Below, piece by piece: positions 57,143 through 64,000 of a DNA stretch of 64,000 nt. Under the pieces are notes generated by a model. It searched no databases. It had not been told where the DNA came from and saw only the letters and a list, made by a program, of their open reading frames with translations. Source of the DNA: Perkinsela sp. CCAP 1560/9 (lineage: Eukaryota > Protista > Euglenozoa: Kinetoplastea). The stretch is taken from positions 62,001-126,000 of the forward strand of contig CBFFSA010000019.1 in the NCBI GenBank assembly GCA_965644495.1, read 5' to 3'. The position numbers and the translations under genes were made by a program. How positions within the stretch are numbered: position 1 is the first letter of the stretch; each line of letters begins with the position of its first letter.

Positions 57143-60100
57143 ATGAATCATTCATTCCCTTCAACATCCTACTCCTCTTTTTTTTCAATACCCCTTTCCT
57201 TTCGCCTCCCCTTCCCCATGGCTTCACCCAAACAACGAAATGTCTCCATCGCTGACCCGTCTTCTGCTGAGGTACGACCCTCCGCCTTACCCTCTCATAC
57301 CTTATTCTGTGCCGGGGTGATTCTTCCTGACCCTCGATACTTGCTTTTACCCCCACAGCCTCCTTGGAACCCATCTGAAGGAAAAGAAAAAAAATCACAG
57401 CCTCCCGAAAATAACATGGAAGCCACTGCCACAAATGAAAACGCAGAAGAGGGAGAAAAAGGTGTTGGAGAAAAACTCTCGAGGTTATCATTTCCTCCTT
57501 TAGTTCTTCCTTTAAATTATGAAGCCATGCTGCAACGCCCTTCGTATGTTTTTAACCCCAGCGTTTCTTCTGCTTCTTCTTCTCTCATACGCTATGAGTT
57601 TAGCATTCGAGAAAACTTGGCCCCGAGAGCAAAAGAAGAGGGAAGAAAAGAAGAAGATGAAACTCTGGGGGCTCCCCTTTTTGTGATTCACGTTGAGGAC
57701 GACAGCAAACGCCCGATGGTGGGAAACTCACTACAGGAGGTCGTGTCGATTCTGCATGGTCGATTACATCCGAAGGTGGGCCATACTAAAACTGAAAATA
57801 AAGAAATTAAGGAAAACAGCGAAAAAAATATGGAAAACAGCGAAAAAAATATGGAAAACAATGAAATTAAGGAAAATAAGGAAAACAAATCCAATGAATC
57901 ACAAAGCGTGAGTCTTGAAATTGCCATGAGTGTCTTTGGGTTGTTCGAGCCCTCGATACGAAACGCGATTGAAAATCTTCCAGGCTATCGAAAGGCAATG
58001 GCGGCGGTGTTGCCGGAGGAGTGGAAGAGGCGAATGGAAGAGGAGGCCAAGGGGGAGGAGGGAGAAAAAGAAGAAAACAAAAAAAGGGAAGAAAGGACGA
58101 AAAACGAAAAAGGGGAGGCGGAGGTCACCATTGCATTGCATCGCACCTTGTTGGGTGAAAAAAGAAAAACAGCGAAAAAAGAAAGAGGAGGAAAACGCGG
58201 GAAGGAAATGCTGGGAAAAAAAGGAACGAAAGGAGAGTGGGAAAAGGTGGAGGCAGGGGAGAAAACGAAGCGGGTGAGGAAAGGAAAGGTTTCAGCGAGC
58301 AGTGCAAGCTGTACGCTGGATACAAAAGTGCGACCTGTGAATCAGTTTACGGAGGAAGTGTCAAAAGCGGTGAGTTCTGTGTCAGGTCATGATGGGAATA
58401 GTCTAGACGGTAAACCGAATGAGGACGGCGTCTCTTTTTTGGGTGATGTAAAGGAAAATTCCGCGAGTGGATTAGATTTTAGACGCGATACCGTAGAATT
58501 GGGAAGTACACAGCTTTCGGAATCTAAAAACGTTATCTTGAGACAACCGGTGAATGACGCAAAATCTGAGAGCTTGTTAAAAGCAAAAAGAATACGCACG
58601 AAACCTCCTGCTTCTATTAACAAGGGAGTGGATCGAAAGCCACGAAAACTAGCTGCTAAAAAAGGATCCGATGCAATTTTATTGAATGCAACCAAGTCTG
58701 AACAAACGACGCTTTCCCTCAACGACGCATCACCCAAGACAACAAAACCTATCAGAAAGAAAACGAAAAGAAAACAATCCTTTGACACCAGCATCAACGC
58801 AGATCCCCAATCTATCTCTGAAAATACAAATCAAAAAATAGTGTATTGCCCAAAATGTCGTCTTCTAACTCCCTATTGTCCTATTACAGGAAAATCCCAC
58901 ATACCTCAACAGAAAATCGAGACAACCCAATCTTCTTTATCCTGGGCGTCTAAATCTTCCCCTCGCCCAAGTGTGCTACAACTGGTCGAAAACAAAGAAC
59001 TTTCTCCCAATAAAACGACAAAGGGCATAAGCTTGGAAGAAATTCCACTTTTAGAAGTGTTTGGAAGAAAACCCGATTCACAAAGTGGGCGCAGAGTAAA
59101 ATGGCGTCCTGGCGCCTTAGAAGATATTACTGTGACTTCTGTACCGAAAAAAGAAGCGCGGGGACGAAAGTCACAGGATCTTTCCTTAAAAAAAGATTCC
59201 AAAGCAAAGTTTGTGCCTCAGATGGCGACCCTTGCCGATTCACTTGCAATGTTTCGTAGCGTAAGCAGTGCTCACACAAGCGAAGGTAAGGACAGCCAAG
59301 AATTTTCCAAAAAAGATACTCTCATCTCAAATGTCTCTTTTGGGAACAAAGAAGTGAAGAAACGAAGAACAAAGAAAAAGGGTCCAAGTCAAGCGGAGGA
59401 CGTAAAAACAAATGACCTCTCCACGGATACAGTCTCGACTACCGAACACAAGGAAGAAACGAAATCACAAAAAGAAACCGAGCTTGATACCGTTTCTACG
59501 ACGGCTCAAACACTTCCCCCTCCGCGGTTGCGTCCATGTGTATCCAAACTCACCCAGCAACAGGCTCGAAAAGAGTTACTGCGGCTAAAGGAAGAAGCCT
59601 TACGTTCTTCCCTCCTCGACACAAAAACAAAAGTATCGAGCTCCAGTACAGCGGACGACCCCACAAGTCAAACCAGCCAAGAGGGTTTAAATGTTTCTCC
59701 TGCTGAAAATACGAAACCTGAAGCCTCTGAATCTGAACGCCCTGAAAAGGAAAATACACACTTAACGGGGACTACCGCATCCGAAAACGATAACACAGGC
59801 GTTGAAAAAGACTCTGAAACGGTTCTACCCCTTGAAGAGGGCCCAGAAACCCAAAATGCATCCCTTTCGACGGTTTCCTCCTTAACACCCGCTTCTTCTT
59901 CTTTTTCTTCATCTTTAGCTCAAAACATTTCTCTCACTCACAAAAACAAAACGTTATCCCCTCCCCACCACAACATGCCTGTGGCCCAGTGGGTGAGACA
60001 AACCTGTGAGCGCTGTCTTTCCCTATCCCACCCGAAACTACGGATGGACCATTTTCTGTCTCTCCTGCAAACCCTTGCCCTCACGGAGAGAGAAAAGCTT

Positions 60101-60388
60101 TCGCTCGGGTCGGCTTACAATGAGCATTTGGGGGAAATGCGTCGAACGGGGAAAACCAAAACAGCAATTTCAAAGTTAAAAGTACCAAAAGGCAAAGGCA
60201 AAGGGGGTGGAAGAGAAAAAGAGAGTGAAAACAAAGTCGATACCGATGAAAGCGTTAAGGAAATCACGACAGAGGCGCAAAATGTGGATGGGGAGGAAAA
60301 TTTTTGCAGCTTGAAAACCGATGGGACACTGGAGATTGAAGTCAACACAACGCCTTTAGAAGGGAAGACTTCGACGGTCCATGAGTAG
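57143..60388 (+). CDS. FYRN/FYRC-like domain nuclear protein with long charged low-complexity region
   Basis: GVILPD...LPLNYEA...YEFSI (FYRN-like); PLFVI...VFGLFEPSIRNAIENLPG (FYRC-like); CPKC...CPITGKSH metal-binding motif. Confidence 0.6.
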   Translation: MNHSFPSTSYSSFFSIPLSFRLPFPMASPKQRNVSIADPSSAEVRPSALPSHTLFCAGVILPDPRYLLLPPQPPWNPSEGKEKKSQPPENNMEATATNENAEEGEKGVGEKLSRLSFPPLVLPLNYEAMLQRPSYVFNPSVSSASSSLIRYEFSIRENLAPRAKEEGRKEEDETLGAPLFVIHVEDDSKRPMVGNSLQEVVSILHGRLHPKVGHTKTENKEIKENSEKNMENSEKNMENNEIKENKENKSNESQSVSLEIAMSVFGLFEPSIRNAIENLPGYRKAMAAVLPEEWKRRMEEEAKGEEGEKEENKKREERTKNEKGEAEVTIALHRTLLGEKRKTAKKERGGKRGKEMLGKKGTKGEWEKVEAGEKTKRVRKGKVSASSASCTLDTKVRPVNQFTEEVSKAVSSVSGHDGNSLDGKPNEDGVSFLGDVKENSASGLDFRRDTVELGSTQLSESKNVILRQPVNDAKSESLLKAKRIRTKPPASINKGVDRKPRKLAAKKGSDAILLNATKSEQTTLSLNDASPKTTKPIRKKTKRKQSFDTSINADPQSISENTNQKIVYCPKCRLLTPYCPITGKSHIPQQKIETTQSSLSWASKSSPRPSVLQLVENKELSPNKTTKGISLEEIPLLEVFGRKPDSQSGRRVKWRPGALEDITVTSVPKKEARGRKSQDLSLKKDSKAKFVPQMATLADSLAMFRSVSSAHTSEGKDSQEFSKKDTLISNVSFGNKEVKKRRTKKKGPSQAEDVKTNDLSTDTVSTTEHKEETKSQKETELDTVSTTAQTLPPPRLRPCVSKLTQQQARKELLRLKEEALRSSLLDTKTKVSSSSTADDPTSQTSQEGLNVSPAENTKPEASESERPEKENTHLTGTTASENDNTGVEKDSETVLPLEEGPETQNASLSTVSSLTPASSSFSSSLAQNISLTHKNKTLSPPHHNMPVAQWVRQTCERCLSLSHPKLRMDHFLSLLQTLALTEREKLSLGSAYNEHLGEMRRTGKTKTAISKLKVPKGKGKGGGREKESENKVDTDESVKEITTEAQNVDGEENFCSLKTDGTLEIEVNTTPLEGKTSTVHE

Positions 60389-60873
60389 TTTTGTCTCATT
60401 TTTTGTGTCTCGTTTTTTGTTCAAAAATGGAGAGTTCGTTGGGAACACACTGAAAGGTGTGACTTCCTCGAGAAATAAAGTAGAGTTCCTCCAGAAATGA
60501 TGTAAATGTATGTTAGAGTCGTATTCAAAAATACGCATTCTTCCTTTTCCAAAGAGAATCACTCACACGTACAGGAAGAATAGCGTCAGGAATTAAATTC
60601 TTAGCAAAGCGCGCAGGTGTATGCGTTGTATTCATAATTCTATTACCATAGTCTAACTAGTATTTTAGTATATACTATAGTATACTATGAGATACTACTT
60701 TTCGAAGGTGTCTATAATCTTACTAAGTGTCTATAGAAATGTAGTTTTTCCCTGTATATGAATGGAAAGATTTGTCTTTATTGCGACATTTAGGACTGGT
60801 ACACAAGTATTGCTCAGCCTTTTTGTTTACACCTTATCACTTCCTTTAATCACCTTGTCACTCACTGTTTTAA

Positions 60874-62139
60874 ATGACGCAACGTTCAAAGAACTCGGAA
60901 AGCGCACCTTCAACCCCCACCCCCGAAAACACAAGAAAGCGACCGTCAGCACGGGAGCATCGCGAGAGAGTAGCCGCAATTACGTCACAGTTAGAGGAGA
61001 CACCTTCCCAAGTAGCGTTAAGTGCGTCCCTCTCTCCGCTTGAAGAGGAGAATGCTCTCCAGAGAAAGAGAAAAAGCAACTGCGGGAACGATCCACTCGC
61101 TTATGGAAGCCTCCGTCGACAGCAGCAATTAACGTACGAGCGATGCGATCTCGGCGTTGAGTCCTCTGGAAAATTGTGCCTCGAGTGGGCTCGGAAAAAC
61201 GTCTCAGGCATCCGGAATGATGCTATGGGCCACTCACAGCATGTTCGATGTAAAGTATGTGGGTGGGTGACCCATAGCAAGGGGGGGAATTTTTGTTATA
61301 AACATTTGAAAGAGTGCTGCTCGAAGGCGCAGCAGGGGATGGAAGACTCCAGTGAAGTTGCAAATCCCAAGTCTCTAGAGGTGTACATCTCCGAAGCTCT
61401 CCCATGTTTCGCAGCTCAGAGCAATCTTTCTACCGAAGGATTCCTCGAGTGCGTAAAGAACTTATTTCAAGAATTTCCCCCCGACATACATCCTTCAGAA
61501 GCTGCATCGATCCTTCCTTCTCCTCGCGAATTTCATATCAGTGAACGTCGAATTGCCGACATGATCTGGGAAGACATTCGACGAACCATAGATGGAGCTA
61601 AATTCTTTGGTCTCGCCATCGACGGTGGAGTTGAAAGGGTTCTTAGCGAACATGTACTTATCGCCATTTTGTATGTTGTGGATCGCCACTTTATTCTCCC
61701 ACCTATCTACCACCCTAAGCACAAATCATTTAACGGTAGCGAGATGGCACAATCCCTGATAGAAGTACTTCGGTCATGCCTCTCCGAGAGCCGACTCCTA
61801 AAGTTGCGATTCATAATGGCAGACGGAGCCCCAGTAAATAGTGTGGCTAGGCAGGAAATAGAAACCACTATGTTAGGCATTCGTGACTCTCTTGTTTCCG
61901 CAGAGGAAGAATTTTACTCGCGCCTCAGCTCTATCGGAAGCACGGACCGGGAGAACATTGTAATTGGCGTGACGAAGCACTGTCCACGTGTCGAGCTATT
62001 ACCATGCTTCGGACACTTGTTTCATAATATGGCCAAAGATGCAATGCAGCACTACGCAAATCTGCCAATTATGAAAGTAAGAACATACTTCTCCAGGATC
62101 TTCTATGCAGGGGACCGTGTGGGGGCAAAGAAGGGGTAG
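60874..62139 (+). pseudogene. hAT-like transposase, 3' truncated
   Basis: CKVC...HLKEC finger; FGLAIDG; IMADGAPVN; PCFGHLFHN; paralog of 41315-43614 ending just after CxxH. Confidence 0.7.
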
Positions 62140-62222
62140 TATTTCGGAATAATTACGTGCTTCATAATTTGATTACTTTTTAGAAGCACAAATTTGTACT
62201 TCATTCTTGTTTCACATTTTTG

Positions 62223-62924
62223 ATGCTTCCATTATGCTTTTGTGAAGACCCAAGTGCACGAGTGAGCCGCCCAGGAAAGGTGCGAGGATCCAACTTACCG
62301 CAAGAATACGAACTCGCACGATTTTTTCAAAATATTACAAACCCTAGATCTTCATGGAAGACGTCCACGTTTGCGTGTGAGTGGGAATGTGTGACCTGTG
62401 ATCAAGACTTAAAAGTGGCGCGTATTCAAGCCCATAGGCCGTATAGCAAAAGGAAACTGGAAGGATCGTTTCAATGGGAATACCTGTGTCACACAACACG
62501 TAAATTTTTTATGTATGGTAATAAACTTACTGGAACTGTGCCACTCGATCTTCTTCCCTCCCCACTGACTAGTTTTGACATAGGAGACAACACTATTTCG
62601 GGCGAATGCGATTTAACATATTTGCCTCCGCTCATGGAGATATTTTCCGTATGCAAAAACATGTTTCACGGACGTGTGGATCTTACCCATTTGCCTTTGA
62701 CTTTGACATATTTGCGAATGGATTCCAATCAGTTTTCCGGGGAGCTTGACCTCACGCGTCTACCTAAAAATATGAAAGGGTTACAGTTGTCGCACAATCG
62801 TTTTAGTGGACCGCTTGATCTACGGTATTTACCGTTATCCATCGAAACTCTCGAATGCCATGAAAACAAATTCTCTGGTCCTGTGTTATTTGACCCTCGA
62901 ACCAGAAAGCTTGTTCGAATTTAA
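62223..62924 (+). CDS. LRR family copy 5
   Basis: LPQEYELARFF, CEWECVTC cap and LRR units. Confidence 0.8.
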   Translation: MLPLCFCEDPSARVSRPGKVRGSNLPQEYELARFFQNITNPRSSWKTSTFACEWECVTCDQDLKVARIQAHRPYSKRKLEGSFQWEYLCHTTRKFFMYGNKLTGTVPLDLLPSPLTSFDIGDNTISGECDLTYLPPLMEIFSVCKNMFHGRVDLTHLPLTLTYLRMDSNQFSGELDLTRLPKNMKGLQLSHNRFSGPLDLRYLPLSIETLECHENKFSGPVLFDPRTRKLVRI

Positions 62925-63380
62925 ATTAGCAAACAATACCGAGTTCTATGGTGAATTGTGAAAGAACTCTTTCGAAAGCGTTCAAAGCAGTGTACTAAAG
63001 CAGTGTTCATAAACGTGAGGGTATGTTCGTGTGATTTTGCTTTTTTTCTCCATTTCTTTTGAAAAGTAAGCTTGTTTTGTATTTTGAGTTCCTAACCCGA
63101 TCGACTATCATAGTTGGAATTTCTCAATAATTACATTTTCCTTTCGACGACTGATGTTTGCTTCTCCTTTCTCGTTTTCTTTTCTTATTTTTCAGCAGGT
63201 ACATTATTTTTTAGATCTTCTTTTCTTGTCCTCTGTTTTACAATGCCGACTGTTATACAATGCCGACTTGCTTTTCACTCCCTGTTCTAGCCACCTCTGA
63301 CGAAGACCAGCTTAAACACGATTCACATCGAAAACGTCGTCGAGAGGACGAATCTTTGAGCGCAACTCCGAAGACCACAA

Positions 63381-63467
63381 CCTAGTTATCTGTCGCACCC
63401 CTACCCCCCCTAGTTATCTGTCACCTTTTCTCGGAAAGTAGCGACAGATAACTAGGGGGGGGTACAG
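63381..63467. mobile_element. MITE end/hairpin (ctagttatctgtc repeats), related to 35047-35097
   Basis: ccccctagttatctgtc...gacagataactagggggggg-tacag; the same motif occurs at 35047. Confidence 0.55.
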
Positions 63468-63561
63468 TTAAATATTATTCCGCACCCCGGGTTACATGCT
63501 TCATAATTTGATTACTTTTTAGAAGCACAAATTTGTACTTCATTCTCGTTTCACATTTTTG

Positions 63562-64000
63562 ATGCTTCCATTATGCTTTTGTGAAGACCCAAGTGCACGA
63601 GTGAGCCGCCCAGGAAAGGTGCGAGGATCCAACTTACCGCAAGAATACGAACTCGCACGATTTTTTCAAAATATTACAAACCCTAGATCTTCATGGAAGA
63701 CGTCCACGTTTGCGTGTGAGTGGGATTGTGTGACCTGTGATCAAGACTTAAAAGTGGAGCGCATTAAAGCTTCTTATCCGTATGCTGCAAAAAAACTGGA
63801 AGGATCGATTCAATGGGAATACCTGTGTCACACAACGCGTAAATTTTATCTGTATCGCAATAAACTTACTGGAACTGTGCCACTCGACCTTCTTCCCTCC
63901 CAACTGACTGAGTTTGACGTAACATACAACACTTTTTCAGGGGAATTGGATTTAACGCATTTGCCTGCAGCTATGGAGGCACTTTTCTTATCCAAAAACA
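63562..64000 (+). CDS. LRR family copy 6 (partial, runs off the window); recent duplicate of copy 5
   Basis: 63498-63755 is almost identical to 62159-62416, then diverges in the LRR part. Confidence 0.8.
   Translation, partial: MLPLCFCEDPSARVSRPGKVRGSNLPQEYELARFFQNITNPRSSWKTSTFACEWDCVTCDQDLKVERIKASYPYAAKKLEGSIQWEYLCHTTRKFYLYRNKLTGTVPLDLLPSQLTEFDVTYNTFSGELDLTHLPAAMEALFLSKN

Overview
Eukaryotic, intron-less, transposon-rich DNA that looks kinetoplastid. My best guess is a Perkinsela-like lineage, but that is inference. Evidence: a KREPB-type RNA-editing gene, a short trypanosome-style U2 snRNA 93 bp from a divergent tRNA, all host genes on the + strand, and pyrimidine tracts ahead of several start codons. 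Host genes: six members of an LRR family, a PP1 inhibitor-3, a KREPB-like protein, a class-3 lipase with Cys at the nucleophile position, a Sec63-like J protein, adenylate kinase, an FYR-domain protein and a large Ser-rich protein. RNA genes: tRNA-Leu, -Ile, -Arg, -Cys and U2. Repeats and mobile DNA: (1) a ~9.8 kb array of a ~101-bp satellite carrying three amplified copies of a truncated HERO-like RLE retrotransposon; (2) a nested pogo/Merlin/MITE stack; (3) a Tc1-like element; (4) two hAT-like transposases; (5) a CRE-like retroelement with a 21-bp flanking duplication; (6) many MITEs; (7) ~1-kb inverted repeats enclosing the tRNA/U2 cluster. The most unexpected item is an uninterrupted bacterial-type IS30 (DD33E) transposase ORF embedded in host repeat DNA. 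Host genes also show a striking within-gene switch from C-ending to G-ending codons. All calls come from motif recognition by eye; no searches were run.
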